Source of the DNA: an uncultured Acidobacteriota bacterium
GTDB lineage: Bacteria; Acidobacteriota; Terriglobia; UBA7540
Reading direction: 5' to 3'
Assembly: GCA_963804995.1 (NCBI GenBank)
Contig: CAWDSK010000006.1
Location: forward strand, 1,952,001-2,016,000
Length of the DNA stretch: 64,000 nucleotides
The position numbers were made by a program, and so were the translations under genes. Below, one piece after another: positions 31,203 through 41,400 of this stretch. Position 1 is the first letter of the stretch, and each line of letters starts with the position of its first letter. The notes below the pieces were generated by a model. That model ran no database searches and was not told the DNA's origin. It worked only from the letters and a program-made list of their open reading frames with translations.

Positions 31203-31484
31203 GAAGGTGTGAAAAAATGCAATTTTCACCGCAATTTCCCATGAGCCTTCGGCTCGCCACTGTACATGAAAATGTGCGAAGCACCTTGGAGTGCGGCGGC
31301 TCAACGCCGCCTTGAATTTACGCCGAGGACGATGACGAAGGCGGCGTTGAGCCGCCGCACTCCAAGGTGCCTTTGGCACGTGCATTTTCATAGCTGAGAC
31401 GCAGAGAAATGCCTCTTTGTTTTCAGACCTCTGTGCCTTCGCGCCTCTGCGGTGAAAGTTATGCGGGGATTTTTTCACACCTTC
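31203..31484. mobile_element. Second GAAGGTGTGAA-TIR MITE with TCC duplication, containing a nested TTGGAGTGCGGCGG REP doublet (31286-31366)
   Basis: cacgggcaTCC-gaaggtgtgaaaaaat...attttttcacaccttc-TCCcgcccgtg. Confidence 0.7.
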
Positions 31485-31648
31485 TCCCGCCCGTGCGCAC
31501 GGCCAAGACCCCGATGCATCGGGGCAGGTCGGCCGTGCCACGCTGGGGGCCGGCCGCGCAGCTTGCAACTTTTGGTCTACCGCGTACGTCTAGCTAAGTG
31601 TACGATAGGCACTGTGGCGCCATGCAGGCGGTGGCGGGGAGGTGCCCC

Positions 31649-33490
31649 ATGAGACCGCGTCGGCGTATCTGCTTTCTCATCATCTTCGCAGGAATTCCAG
31701 CCCTCTTATCAACCCGTCTGGTCTGGACGCAGGATTCTTCTCAGGCGCGAGTTGTTCGCTTGAGTTATGTCGAAGGCGCAGTAACCGTCCAGAGGCCCGA
31801 CGTTGCAGCTTGGGCCCAGGCGCCGGTTAATACGCCGCTTGAGGAAGGCTTCAAGCTATCTACGGGGGAGAACAGTTTCGCGGAAGTGCAATTTGAAAAT
31901 GGTGGCACCCTCCGGCTGGGGCAACTCGGGTTGCTGACCATCAAGCAATTGGGCCTGACAGCGGGCGGGGGCAAGATCAACGACCTGCAACTCGAGGAAG
32001 GATACGCCACATTCCATGCCTTGGGCGCGAGCGGGGTGGATTCCTACCAAGTGGGAACCCCGTACGGCGTTCTCACCGCGGAGGGCGCAGCAATGTTCCG
32101 CGTGGATCTTGACCAGGGCGCGGAGCGAGTTGAGGTCTTCGAGGGTATCGTTGACGTGCAGAGCAACCTGGGGTCTCGGGCTCTCCCAAGTGAAACTGTG
32201 CTGGTGCTGCAACCGGGAGCAAGCAACCCGGCTAACGTCTCGCAGGGCATCACCCGGGACGATTGGGACAATTGGGTGGACAATCGCGAGAGCCAGGTCG
32301 AGACGCCACAGACCGGTTCCCTGCCGAACGGCTACACGGGTAACACCTCGAACCTGGTTTACGGCTGGGGCGATCTTTCGGAATACGGCAACTGGTCTTA
32401 TATTTCCGGGTACGGCTATGGCTGGATGCCTGCCTCGGCGGGTGGCAGTTGGTCACCTTACGGGTCAGGGCAGTGGTGTTGGTACCCTGGTTTCGGCTAT
32501 ACCTGGATTTCTGCCGAGCCCTGGGGTTGGTTGCCCTTCCATTACGGAGAGTGGGATTTTGTGCCGGGAATGGGTTGGGCCTGGTTTCCCGAGAATTTCG
32601 GGGGGTGGTCGCCGGCGCCGGTGAATTGGTACTCGGGACCCGGTTGGATCGGTTGGACTCCCAGGGTAAACCCGGGGCACGGCAGGCCCATCCACAATCC
32701 TTGCGTGGGTGGCAACAGTTGCGGTGGTGCAGTAGTGAGTTCCAATACCTTCCGCAATGGCGGGTTGGTAAGTGCGTCGAACACCATGGCCTTAAGCCCT
32801 GCCACGGGAGAGAGGATCAACCAGCCGGGGATTCAGCCGACTACCGCGGCCATGCTGCCGGGCCAGGCGCTTTCGCAACCCCCATCGGTTACACACGGAC
32901 CGGGGAGAACAATGCCCGCAAGAACCGGGGCGGTAACCTTACCGGCGGGCCCTAAGGGTACTGCGACGCCTGCTCCCGCGACGCGTGGCGCCGGCTCACT
33001 TCAACCTGGCTCCAGTATTGTCTATGACCCCCAGGCCGCAAGCTACGTGAATAACCCGCACGCAGCGCCGGTGCAGCCAGCGGCCGCCCCGAAACCGGGA
33101 ATGACGGTCACCACTGTACCCGGGGCAGTACCAGCACTGATGCAGCCGGTGCCGGTGGGGGGCCGCGATCAGAGTGACCGCCCTGTGGACAGGGGAGGCT
33201 TGCTGCCGTCCGATCCCGTGGGAGGCGTCCGGCCCGTGCAGCCCAGGCCTCTGAGTTATGGCCCCGGACACGTGAATGCGCCGCCGAGTAACCCCAACCC
33301 TCAGCCTTCTGCTCCCCTCCACGTGACGGCTTCTCCGTCGCCACCCACCCCTGGACCGTCCGGCCAGGCGCCTTTTCACGCCGGAGGCGGATCTGAAAGC
33401 CATGGCGGGGCTGGGCTGGGCGGAGCTCACGCCGGAGGCGGAGGAGTCGGAGGCGGGGGCGGAGGCCATGGCGGCGGTGGCCATCACTAG
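31649..33490 (+). CDS. FecR-domain / DUF6600-like protein with Pro/Gly-rich tail
   Basis: ARVVRLSYVEG, AEVQFENG, YGWGDLSEYGNW, EPWGWLPFHYGEW. Confidence 0.8.
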   Translation: MRPRRRICFLIIFAGIPALLSTRLVWTQDSSQARVVRLSYVEGAVTVQRPDVAAWAQAPVNTPLEEGFKLSTGENSFAEVQFENGGTLRLGQLGLLTIKQLGLTAGGGKINDLQLEEGYATFHALGASGVDSYQVGTPYGVLTAEGAAMFRVDLDQGAERVEVFEGIVDVQSNLGSRALPSETVLVLQPGASNPANVSQGITRDDWDNWVDNRESQVETPQTGSLPNGYTGNTSNLVYGWGDLSEYGNWSYISGYGYGWMPASAGGSWSPYGSGQWCWYPGFGYTWISAEPWGWLPFHYGEWDFVPGMGWAWFPENFGGWSPAPVNWYSGPGWIGWTPRVNPGHGRPIHNPCVGGNSCGGAVVSSNTFRNGGLVSASNTMALSPATGERINQPGIQPTTAAMLPGQALSQPPSVTHGPGRTMPARTGAVTLPAGPKGTATPAPATRGAGSLQPGSSIVYDPQAASYVNNPHAAPVQPAAAPKPGMTVTTVPGAVPALMQPVPVGGRDQSDRPVDRGGLLPSDPVGGVRPVQPRPLSYGPGHVNAPPSNPNPQPSAPLHVTASPSPPTPGPSGQAPFHAGGGSESHGGAGLGGAHAGGGGVGGGGGGHGGGGHH

Positions 33491-33567
33491 TCCGTATTTC
33501 CCACGGCAACAGTCTTCAAGCTTTCCAAAGAATTAAACTTCAGCGAAAAACGAGAGAAGGGGTTTCG

Positions 33568-34395
33568 TCAGGAAACCACGATGCCGGCGTAACCTACTAC
33601 GGCGCTGCGGTCGCCACTGACATCACCGGAGGTGGCGTAGCGGACCAGTTCAGCGCGGGTGGCGCCGATTTCCTTGGCGGCGGTGAGCATCGCGATGGCG
33701 GGACCGTAGCCGCACATGGAAATGCTCTCCTGGCCGATGACCTCGTATAGGCCTGCGGGATCAAGCGCCAAAATGCGGTCAATAGCCTTGTGGTCCTTGA
33801 GGCGAGTGACGTCGTCCGGCTCGTAGTGGTTCATATCGCTCGAGGCCACGATCAGCACCGTGCCCTGCCAGCGCTTGAGAGTTTGAGCGATTCCGCGCCC
33901 CAGTGAATCGAGCGCCGCAAAGCGGCCGACACCAATGGCGATGGGGACGAAAGTGAACGAGCCCACGCTGCGCTGGAGAAAGGGAAGCTGCACCTCAAGG
34001 GAATGCTCGTCCTCGTGAGCCACCTCATCTTCCATGAGCAGGTGGCAGGATTGGCGCAGGCTCAACGCCAGGTTGGCGTCAACCCGCACCACGCCCAAGG
34101 GTGTCAGCCACTCACCTCCTGACCTGATGGCCAGCGGCGCGCCGCGTCCAGTGTGGTTGGGGCAAAGAATGATATAGGCGGCGCGTTGCGGCAGCCGGCC
34201 GAAGACGGCTCCTGCCACGTGGCCGGAATACATGTAACCGGCATGGGGAACCAGGCAGCCCAGCGCGGCCTCAAACTTCTCCCCCGACGCGGCTTCCGAA
34301 GTGAGGTATTGATCGACCTGCCGCTTCAGAGAGTCCGGCTTCGCAGGATAAAATCGCCCCGCCACGGCCGGGCGTCGAACCGCGGGTGCTGACAT
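33568..34395 (-). CDS. amrB: AmmeMemoRadiSam system protein B (MEMO1 family)
   Basis: RRPAVAGRFYP, PHAGYMYSG, EHSLEVQLPFLQ, SSDMNHY, SMCG, VVGYAG. Confidence 0.9.
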   Translation of the reverse strand: MSAPAVRRPAVAGRFYPAKPDSLKRQVDQYLTSEAASGEKFEAALGCLVPHAGYMYSGHVAGAVFGRLPQRAAYIILCPNHTGRGAPLAIRSGGEWLTPLGVVRVDANLALSLRQSCHLLMEDEVAHEDEHSLEVQLPFLQRSVGSFTFVPIAIGVGRFAALDSLGRGIAQTLKRWQGTVLIVASSDMNHYEPDDVTRLKDHKAIDRILALDPAGLYEVIGQESISMCGYGPAIAMLTAAKEIGATRAELVRYATSGDVSGDRSAVVGYAGIVVS

Positions 34396-34489
34396 GGATG
34401 CATCCTAAGCCTGGCGTTCCACCTCTGTCAAGGCAGGCTTTAAAACCTGTAAAACGGGGTTCGATGCGGGGCGGGTGCAAGGCGCGGGG

Positions 34490-34789
34490 CTAGTCGTCGG
34501 AGTTTTCTTCCACTGTGATTTTCAGCGCGCGAAGGAATTGCGTGTCCTGGGAGGTCAGCCGGAAGTCAGGGTCAGGGCGGGCGTCAGTGTTCAGTTTCTG
34601 GCGATGCACCAGGTTGACCTCACCGCGTTTGTTGAAGCCGATGGTAACTTCGAGAACCAGAAAGAGGTCGTAACCGGCGTTGCGGATGCGCGACATGACC
34701 TCAGCAATCCTTTCCGATTCGGAAAGGGATTCGTTAATGGCGTCACCCAATTCCTTGATGAGTCGTTTGAAATTGTCGTCAAGCTCCAA
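34490..34789 (-). CDS. Small hypothetical protein
   Basis: 99-aa ORF with protein-like composition; TTG start, start position uncertain. Confidence 0.7.
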   Translation of the reverse strand: MELDDNFKRLIKELGDAINESLSESERIAEVMSRIRNAGYDLFLVLEVTIGFNKRGEVNLVHRQKLNTDARPDPDFRLTSQDTQFLRALKITVEENSDD

Positions 34790-34871
34790 GGCTCACCTGG
34801 CTTGTCGAGGCTGGCTTCCACACTTCATTCTAGGGTTGGCAGCGAAAGACTGTCAAGGTGAAACCCGGCCG

Positions 34872-34983
34872 GGTGGTGGGTGAATTTGATGTCGTAGCGG
34901 CGAGTTTACCTCGCCATCAATCGAGTAATCTCAACGAACGATGGCGGGGTAAACCCGCCGCTACGTCAAACTGAACCAGTACC
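34872..34983. repeat. REP doublet GTAGCGGCGAGTTTACCTCGCCA family (also 43405-43490, 46908-46977, 54898-54967)
   Basis: Inverted repeat arms seen at four sites. Confidence 0.8.
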
Positions 34984-35172
34984 CCCGGCCGGCGAGGGCA
35001 ACAGGTCTTCACACAGGGTTGAGAGCTTGGCGTGAACGCTGATTGCTCAGATTTGGATTGTCGCAACGATCTGCATTGCTTGTACCCTTCCAAAATTTGA
35101 CTGCACAGAAGTTTGTTCTTGCGATAACCTACGGAATGGGGAAGGGCCCGCGCAGGGCAGGGAAGGAAGACT

Positions 35173-35418
35173 TTGAGTCGACTCGGCAATCTGTTCCATT
35201 ATTGGTTTCTGAATGCAAAGCGGCTATTCCACATGTTGATTGGACTAGCCTTCATGTTTTTGACGGTGCTCGGTGCGTCAGTGACCCTTTCGGAATGGCG
35301 ATACTACCGCAAGGCTCCAGAATTGGGGATTGTCTACTTTAGTATGGTAGGTGTATTTACCGTGCTGCTGGCAATCCTATGCCTTTACTCCTTTGCAAAA
35401 GCCCGAAACGTGCGCTGA
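35173..35418 (+). CDS. Small two-TM membrane protein
   Basis: Two hydrophobic segments; purine-rich RBS before TTG. Confidence 0.6.
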   Translation: MSRLGNLFHYWFLNAKRLFHMLIGLAFMFLTVLGASVTLSEWRYYRKAPELGIVYFSMVGVFTVLLAILCLYSFAKARNVR

Positions 35419-35458
35419 GAGTGCAAGCCAGGATCCCTGGATGGACGGGTTGCTTCCT

Positions 35459-37069
35459 ATGGCTTCACAAGATGGCAAGAAACTGAAGCCGAAATCTACA
35501 ACTGGCCCAGGCCTGGAGCCCAAGAACTTCGTGAGGCCCGACGACCTTGGCGGCTGGGAGTATGAACGTGATCTCGGCTATCCGGGCGAGTATCCTTATA
35601 CGCGCGGGGTCTACCCCACACTCTACCGCAGCCGCCTCTGGACCATGCGCCAATACGCGGGCTTCGGTTCAGCACGCGAGTCGAACGCGCGCTACCGTTA
35701 TCTCCTTTCGCAAGGGCAGACAGGGCTTTCCGTCGCGTTCGATCTTCCCACCCAAATTGGAATCGACTCCGATCATCCCCTGGCGTACGGCGAAGTGGGC
35801 CGGGTGGGGGTGGCCATCGATTCGCTCGAAGACATGGAAACGCTCTTTGCGGGCATTCCACTGGAAGGCGTCTCAACCTCAATGACCATCAATGCCACCG
35901 CGGCGATTCTGCTGGCGCTCTACTTTGCCGTGGCGGAAAAGCAGGGTGCGGATCTTCGTCGTCTGGCGGGGACGGTGCAGAACGACATTCTGAAAGAGTA
36001 CATGGCGCGCGGCACCTATATCTATCCCCTCGGCCCTGCCCTGCGCATCGTAACGGATATCTTCGCCTATTGCCGCGAGAACGCTCCCGAGTGGAACACC
36101 ATTTCCATCAGCGGCTACCACATTCGCGAGGCCGGCTCGACCGCCGTGCAAGAGGTGGCGTTCACTCTGGGCGACGCCATCGCTTACGTTGAGGCCGCCC
36201 TTGAGCGTGGCCTGGGGGTGGATGAATTTGCGCCCCGGCTCTCTTTCTTTTTGAACGCACACAACGATTTGCTGGAGGAAATCGCGAAGTTTCGCGCCGC
36301 ACGGCGGCTGTGGGCGCGTATGATGCGCGAGCGCTTCAAGGCCCAGGACCCGCGCTCCTGCATGTTCCGTTTCCATACCCAGACCGCCGGCTCAACGCTC
36401 ACCGCGCAACAGCCCAACGTCAACATCGTGCGCGTAACGCTCCAGGCGGTGGCGGCCGTCTTGGGAGGAACGCAATCGCTGCACACCAACGCTCGGGACG
36501 AAGCCCTGGCTCTACCCACAGAAGATTCCGCCTTGCTGGCTCTGCGCACCCAACAGATTCTGGCTGCGGAAAGTGGGGTCGCGAATACCATCGATCCGTT
36601 GGCGGGTTCGTACATGATTGAAAAGCTGACGAACGAGATTGAATCCTCTGCCCAGGAATACTTGCGCAAGATCGATGCCATGGGCGGCATGGTGCGCGCC
36701 ATTGAGTCCGGCTATGTGCAGCGTGAGATCCAACAAGCGGCCTACCAATATCAAAAAGCCATCGAGGCAGGCGACCGCATCGTGGTGGGTGTGAACCGGT
36801 ACGTCGGCGAGACCCGCGCTTCGCCACCCCTCCTGCGCATTGATCCCGAAATCGAACGCGCGCAGGTGGAGCGTCTGGCCAAGCTGCGGGCCCGCCGTGA
36901 TGCGAGGCTCGTAGAAACCACGCTCCGGGCCGTGGAGGAGACGGCGCGCACTGACCGCAACTTGCTGCCGCCCATCCTCAACGCCGTCAAAGCTTACGCT
37001 ACAGTGGGTGAGGTTTCCGATGCCCTGCGTCGTGTCTTCGGCGAATATCAGGAGTCGGTGGTGATTTGA
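35459..37069 (+). CDS. Methylmalonyl-CoA mutase family, N-terminal catalytic subunit
   Basis: [43 protein letters not shown]; no B12-binding domain. Confidence 0.95.
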   Translation: MASQDGKKLKPKSTTGPGLEPKNFVRPDDLGGWEYERDLGYPGEYPYTRGVYPTLYRSRLWTMRQYAGFGSARESNARYRYLLSQGQTGLSVAFDLPTQIGIDSDHPLAYGEVGRVGVAIDSLEDMETLFAGIPLEGVSTSMTINATAAILLALYFAVAEKQGADLRRLAGTVQNDILKEYMARGTYIYPLGPALRIVTDIFAYCRENAPEWNTISISGYHIREAGSTAVQEVAFTLGDAIAYVEAALERGLGVDEFAPRLSFFLNAHNDLLEEIAKFRAARRLWARMMRERFKAQDPRSCMFRFHTQTAGSTLTAQQPNVNIVRVTLQAVAAVLGGTQSLHTNARDEALALPTEDSALLALRTQQILAAESGVANTIDPLAGSYMIEKLTNEIESSAQEYLRKIDAMGGMVRAIESGYVQREIQQAAYQYQKAIEAGDRIVVGVNRYVGETRASPPLLRIDPEIERAQVERLAKLRARRDARLVETTLRAVEETARTDRNLLPPILNAVKAYATVGEVSDALRRVFGEYQESVVI

Positions 37070-37100
37070 TACGCCGCCCCGCATCTGCTATCGTTCATCT

Positions 37101-37490
37101 ATGTCGAAGGCGAAAGTGCTGGCGTTCCTGCTATGCGAGAATGCGACCAAGGGCCGCGATGGGAAGGTGACCCTGCATGATCTATTTGACCGCATCATCA
37201 CTCCGCGGACTCCGAGGGAGGATAAGCTCTTCTTCGTTTACTACAAAATCGTTGTGGACGGGGCGTGCACCGTTTCGCTGAGTGTCATGCATTCCTCCGG
37301 CCAGGAAATTTCTGGGAATTGGCGCGATTCATTCTCGCATCTTGGGCCGGTGCAATCGATTTGGGCGCTCGTTTCGAGTCTTTTCAAGCAGCCTGGGAAC
37401 TACGTGCTTGAATTGAGACAGGAGATAGAAGGTTCGGAACCGCTCTCATTAGCGAGTATGTTATTTGTCGTCGATCAGGAGGGCGAATAA
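37101..37490 (+). CDS. Hypothetical beta-sandwich protein (DUF6941-like)
   Basis: AFLLCE....DGKV.L..LFD..., FKQPGNY pattern. Confidence 0.6.
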   Translation: MSKAKVLAFLLCENATKGRDGKVTLHDLFDRIITPRTPREDKLFFVYYKIVVDGACTVSLSVMHSSGQEISGNWRDSFSHLGPVQSIWALVSSLFKQPGNYVLELRQEIEGSEPLSLASMLFVVDQEGE

Positions 37491-37808
37491 ATGGCCATGA
37501 ATAGTGGAGTTCTCACTGTAAGTGACACCCTCGATGTTCACGCATTTCCCGTAGATGCGCAGAACGCACTTGAGTCAGGGAATGTCCCTTCTTCTTCTGT
37601 CCGGGACGAGGCCATTCGAGCTCGGCTCGCCGACGTTGCCCAGCAAGAGGTAAGGCGTCGACGCTTGCTGGAGATATTGAGAAGACCGACTCCCGCTTGG
37701 AATCCTGACGACCATCCCGACATCGACGCGGCGGGCGGTGCCGCTGAATGGGTGAGGAAGCTACGCAGTGAGGCAGAGCGGGGATTTGAAAGGCGCACTC
37801 GAAACTAA
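37491..37808 (+). CDS. Probable antitoxin
   Basis: Directly upstream of the PIN gene; AW..DDHPDI...AAEWVRKLR motif. Confidence 0.6.
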   Translation: MAMNSGVLTVSDTLDVHAFPVDAQNALESGNVPSSSVRDEAIRARLADVAQQEVRRRRLLEILRRPTPAWNPDDHPDIDAAGGAAEWVRKLRSEAERGFERRTRN

Positions 37809-37816
37809 GAGCGGGA

Positions 37817-38206
37817 ATGATCATACTTCTTGATACTTCTGTTATCATCGATGCCCTGCGCATACGGCGTGGCCGGCGCGAGTTTTTGGACCAGAGAAAC
37901 CAGGCCGGTGACACGCTCGCGTGTTCTGCCGTTAGCGTGGCGGAAGTCTACGCCGGGATGAGACCCAACGAGGCGGCTGCCACGGAGGAATATATTGAAA
38001 ACCTGGTCTGTATCGAAGTTACTCAGGAAATTGCGCGAACGGCGGGTAGCTTGAAGTACGCGTGGGAGCGCAAGGGAGTCACCATCGACATCCCGGACGC
38101 TATCATTGCCGCAACGACTCTTAATTTCAATCTGTACTTGGCTACGGACAATCTCCGGGATTTTCCCATGCCGGAATTGAACCATCTCAACCTCCCGACA
38201 ACTTAG
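37817..38206 (+). CDS. PIN domain (VapC-like) toxin
   Basis: LLDTSVIID, VAEVYAG, PDAIIAAT, LATDNLRDF. Confidence 0.9.
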   Translation: MIILLDTSVIIDALRIRRGRREFLDQRNQAGDTLACSAVSVAEVYAGMRPNEAAATEEYIENLVCIEVTQEIARTAGSLKYAWERKGVTIDIPDAIIAATTLNFNLYLATDNLRDFPMPELNHLNLPTT

Positions 38207-38212
38207 ACCGTT

Positions 38213-39604
38213 ATGCCCACTCTAACTTTTCTCGGTGCCACCGGCACGGTTACCGGTTCAAAGTATCTGCTGGAAGCCGGCGGCGAACGCCTGATGATCG
38301 ACTGCGGACTTTTCCAGGGCGACAAGGAATTGCGGCTGCGCAACTGGAACCCGCTGCCCGTGCCCCCCGCGAGCATCCAGTGGTTGGTGCTGACGCACGC
38401 GCATCTCGACCACGTCGGATATATTCCCCGCCTGGTGAAAGATGGTTTTCGCGGGCAGATCCTGGCGTCTTCTGCCACCGTGGATATCACCAAAATCGTG
38501 CTTCCGGATTCCGGGCATCTCCAGGAAGAAGACGCGGAGTTCGCGAACAAGAAGGGGTTCAGCAAACACGCCCCGGCCCTGCCGCTCTATACATATGAGG
38601 AAGCTTTGAAGGCGCTTGAATTTCTTCGTGCCGTGGACACCAACCAGCCCCTGGAGCTTTCTACGCATTTCTCCCTGCGTTTTTTCTTTGCCGGCCACAT
38701 TCTAGGTGCGCGGATGGTGGAAGTGACGGTCCGGGAAAACGGCACCACCAAAAAGCTGCTCTTCTCCGGCGACCTCGGCCGCTTCCCACAGTTGATCATT
38801 CCTGAACCGGTGGTGCCGGAAGACAGGTTCGATTACATGCTGCTGGAATCCACTTACGGCGACCGCCTGCACCCGCAGGAAGACATTGGCGCGCGCCTGG
38901 CTTCCGTTGTTGAAGACACCGCCGGGCATGGCGGGACCGTGGTGATTCCTTCCTTTGCGGTGGGGCGCACGCAGGAACTGCTCTACCTGTTTCGCGAATT
39001 GATCGAAGATAAAAAGCTGCACTCGCTTCCCATCCATGTGGACAGCCCCATGGCGATCGACGTGACGAATCTTTACATGAAGCACGCCGAGGATCACTCC
39101 CTGATATTGGAGGCGCTGGAAGAAAAGGGAATCAAACCCTTCTCGCCCCCCAACTTGCACTTCGACAAAACCGTGGATGAGTCGAAGCAGCTCAACGATG
39201 CGCGCTACCCGACGGTGATTATCTCGGCCAGCGGTATGGCGACAGGGGGGCGCGTTGTGCACCACCTGGAACGCTGCCTGCCGGATCATCGCAATACGGT
39301 TTTGTTCGTAGGCTTTCAGGCAGCGGGAACACGGGGCCAGGCGATCCAATCGGGCGCTCAAGACATAAAGATGTACGGGCATGAAGTGCATGTGCGGGCA
39401 CGCATCGAGACTATTGAGAACTTGAGCGCCCACGCCGACTATGGTGAAATCCTCGCCTGGCTTAAGCGATTCAGCAAGGCGCCGGGGCGGACCTTTATGG
39501 TGCATGGTGAGCCGAAGGCTAGCGAAGCGCTGCGGCAACGCATTGCGCAGGAACTCCATTGGGATGTCACGGTGCCGACGTATCTTGAACGGGTGACATT
39601 GTGA
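38213..39604 (+). CDS. MBL-fold beta-CASP ribonuclease
   Basis: THAHLDH, AGHILG, ESTYGDR, FAVGRTQE, SAHAD, VHGE. Confidence 0.92.
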   Translation: MPTLTFLGATGTVTGSKYLLEAGGERLMIDCGLFQGDKELRLRNWNPLPVPPASIQWLVLTHAHLDHVGYIPRLVKDGFRGQILASSATVDITKIVLPDSGHLQEEDAEFANKKGFSKHAPALPLYTYEEALKALEFLRAVDTNQPLELSTHFSLRFFFAGHILGARMVEVTVRENGTTKKLLFSGDLGRFPQLIIPEPVVPEDRFDYMLLESTYGDRLHPQEDIGARLASVVEDTAGHGGTVVIPSFAVGRTQELLYLFRELIEDKKLHSLPIHVDSPMAIDVTNLYMKHAEDHSLILEALEEKGIKPFSPPNLHFDKTVDESKQLNDARYPTVIISASGMATGGRVVHHLERCLPDHRNTVLFVGFQAAGTRGQAIQSGAQDIKMYGHEVHVRARIETIENLSAHADYGEILAWLKRFSKAPGRTFMVHGEPKASEALRQRIAQELHWDVTVPTYLERVTL

Positions 39605-39637
39605 AGCAGGTTCGCAGGGGGCGATGAAAGGGAACGC

Positions 39638-40225
39638 CTAGGCGCCTGCCGATGCACCGGGGGTCGCGCCGGCCGGAGCGAGACCAAGCTGGCTTGCGAT
39701 ATTACGCATCGCGGCTATGCAGAATGTAATATGTTCATCCAGGGGCACCCCTAGTTCCTCGGCGCCCTTGGTAATGTCCTCGCGGCTGACGGAACGGGCA
39801 AAGGCTTTGTCCTTCATTCTCTTTCGTACCGACTTCGCTTCCAGGCTCACAATCCGGTCCGGGCGGACCAAGGAACAAGCCGTAATGAAGCCCGCGACCT
39901 CATCACAGGCAAAAAGCGTTCTGGCCAGAAGGGTGTCGCGGGGAACTCCCGTGTAATCCGCGTGACCCAGAATGGCACGGCGAATTTCTTCCGAAACGCC
40001 TCTCTCCTTGAGAATCTCACTTCCCTTCAGCGGGTGGTCGGGAGCGTTTGGATACATCTCGTAGTCAAAATCATGGATCAATGCGACCACGCTCCACTTT
40101 TCCTCGTCTTCACCAAACTTGCGTGCATAGGCAACCACGCAGGCTTCCACGGCCAAGGCGTGCTTCCGCAAGTTCTCATTCTGTGTGTACTCGCAAAGTA
40201 ATTCCCACGCCGCTTCGCGATTCAT
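39638..40225 (-). CDS. HD domain (HDIG-type) phosphohydrolase
   Basis: LRKHALAVE, LIHDFDYE, LFACDE, KDKAFARSVSR; upstream ORF extension is repeat-derived. Confidence 0.85.
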   Translation of the reverse strand: MNREAAWELLCEYTQNENLRKHALAVEACVVAYARKFGEDEEKWSVVALIHDFDYEMYPNAPDHPLKGSEILKERGVSEEIRRAILGHADYTGVPRDTLLARTLFACDEVAGFITACSLVRPDRIVSLEAKSVRKRMKDKAFARSVSREDITKGAEELGVPLDEHITFCIAAMRNIASQLGLAPAGATPGASAGA

Positions 40226-40343
40226 GGTTTGCACCCCTTTCGGCAGAAGGCTGATTATACGCCGCGCGAGGCTTCGCTCCCAAGCCAGGAAGCGGTAGCG
40301 AAGGCCAAAGCGGATTTGCGCCGTTTGCCCGCACGGTCCTGCG

Positions 40344-40372
40344 TTGACAGGTTTTGAGAACTGCGATAGTTT
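40344..40372 (+). promoter_or_regulatory. Sigma70 promoter for the tRNA repeat array
   Basis: TTGACA-17 nt-TAGTTT, ending 14 nt before the first repeat. Confidence 0.75.
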
Positions 40373-40386
40373 GAAAAGGTTCTCGC

Positions 40387-40742
40387 AGGCCCGTAGCTCA
40401 GCCCGGTTAGAGCGGGCCGACCCGTCGGCCAGGTCTGGGGCGGGAGAAGCAGATAGCAATTCACAGACAGCACGTAGGCCCGTAGCTCAGCCCGGTTAGA
40501 GCGGGCCGACCCGTCGGCCAGGTCTGGGGCGGGAGAAGCAGATAGCAATTCACAGACAGCACGTAGGCCCGTAGCTCAGCCCGGTTAGAGCGGGCCGACC
40601 CGTCGGCCAGGTCTGGGGCGGGAGAATCAGATAGCAGTTCAGAGACAGCACGTAGGCCCGTAGCTCAGCCCGGTTAGAGCGGGCCGACCCGTCGGCCAGG
40701 TCTGGGGCGGGAGAATCAGATAGCAGTTCAGACACAGCACGT
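40387..40742 (+). repeat. Four tandem 89-bp tRNA-Val-derived repeats with the anticodon arm replaced by a hairpin
   Basis: Units start at 40387, 40476, 40565, 40654; 54 nt tRNA-like plus a near-identical 35-nt spacer. Confidence 0.95.
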
Positions 40743-40820
40743 AGGCCCGTAGCTCAGCCCGGTTAGAGCGCTACCTTGACACGGTAGAGGTCTGGGGTTC
40801 GAGTCCCCACGGGCCTACCA
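40743..40820 (+). tRNA. tRNA-Val (GAC)
   Basis: Cloverleaf: AGGCCCG/CGGGCCT acceptor, GCTC/GAGC D-stem, CTACC-TTGACAC-GGTAG, TGGGG-TTCGAGT-CCCCA, encoded CCA. Confidence 0.97.
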
Positions 40821-40831
40821 TTGGTTCCTTG

Positions 40832-41083
40832 ATGGCTTTCCTCTAAATCCTGGAGAGTCTGACAACAGGCCGCTTTTACATCGGTTCCACCAGCGATCTC
40901 GACCGCCGCATCGAGGAGCACCAGCGAGGGCACACGCCGTCCACGCGAGGCCGCGGCCCGTGGAAACTCGCTTATCGCGAATCCTACCCAAGCTTGCGCG
41001 AGGCTCGCAAACGCGAACTCGAAATCAAGTGCTGGAAATCCGCGAAGCTAATCCAACAATTGATGGCGAGCCAGCCCGGTTAG
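40832..41083 (+). pseudogene. GIY-YIG nuclease copy 1, nonsense TAA at codon 5
   Basis: MAFL*ILES..RFYIGST..RR..EH; 14 of 83 positions differ from copy 2. Confidence 0.85.
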
Positions 41084-41136
41084 AGCGGGCCGCCCGGTCG
41101 GCCAGGTCTGGGGTTCGAGTCCCCACGGGCCTACCA
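41072..41136 (+). repeat. Pseudo-tRNA 3' portion (D-loop to CCA) with replaced anticodon arm
   Basis: cagcccggttagagcg-GGCCGCCCGGTCGGCC-aggtctggggttcgagtccccacgggcctacca. Confidence 0.9.
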
Positions 41137-41148
41137 TTTGGTTCCTTG

Positions 41149-41400
41149 ATGGCTTTCCTCTATATCCTGGAGAGTCTGACAACCGGCCGCTTCTACATCG
41201 GTTCAACCAGCGATTTCGACCGCCGCATGCAGGAGCACGAGCGCGGACACACGCCCTCCACGAGAGGTCGGGGCCCGTGGAAACTCGTCTATCGAGAGTC
41301 GTTCCGGAGTTTACTTGAGGCCCGAAGGCGTGAGGCGGAAATCAAGCGCTGGAAATCAGCAAAGCTAATCCAACAATTGATTGCGAGCCGGCCCGGTTAG
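41149..41400 (+). CDS. Small GIY-YIG nuclease, copy 2 (intact, 83 aa)
   Basis: FLYIL...FYIGST..FDRR..EH...PWKLVYRE...ARRREAEIK. Confidence 0.9.
   Translation: MAFLYILESLTTGRFYIGSTSDFDRRMQEHERGHTPSTRGRGPWKLVYRESFRSLLEARRREAEIKRWKSAKLIQQLIASRPG

Noticed and set aside
40255..40735. Minus-strand ORFs MLSASPAPDLADG... and the N-terminal extension of 40960..41400
   Set aside because: These are translations of the tRNA repeats or out-of-frame pseudogene sequence. The real starts are 40225 (HD) and 41149 (GIY-YIG).
40387..40820. CRISPR array
   Set aside because: The spacers are near-identical rather than unique, the repeat is tRNA-derived, and no cas genes are in the window.
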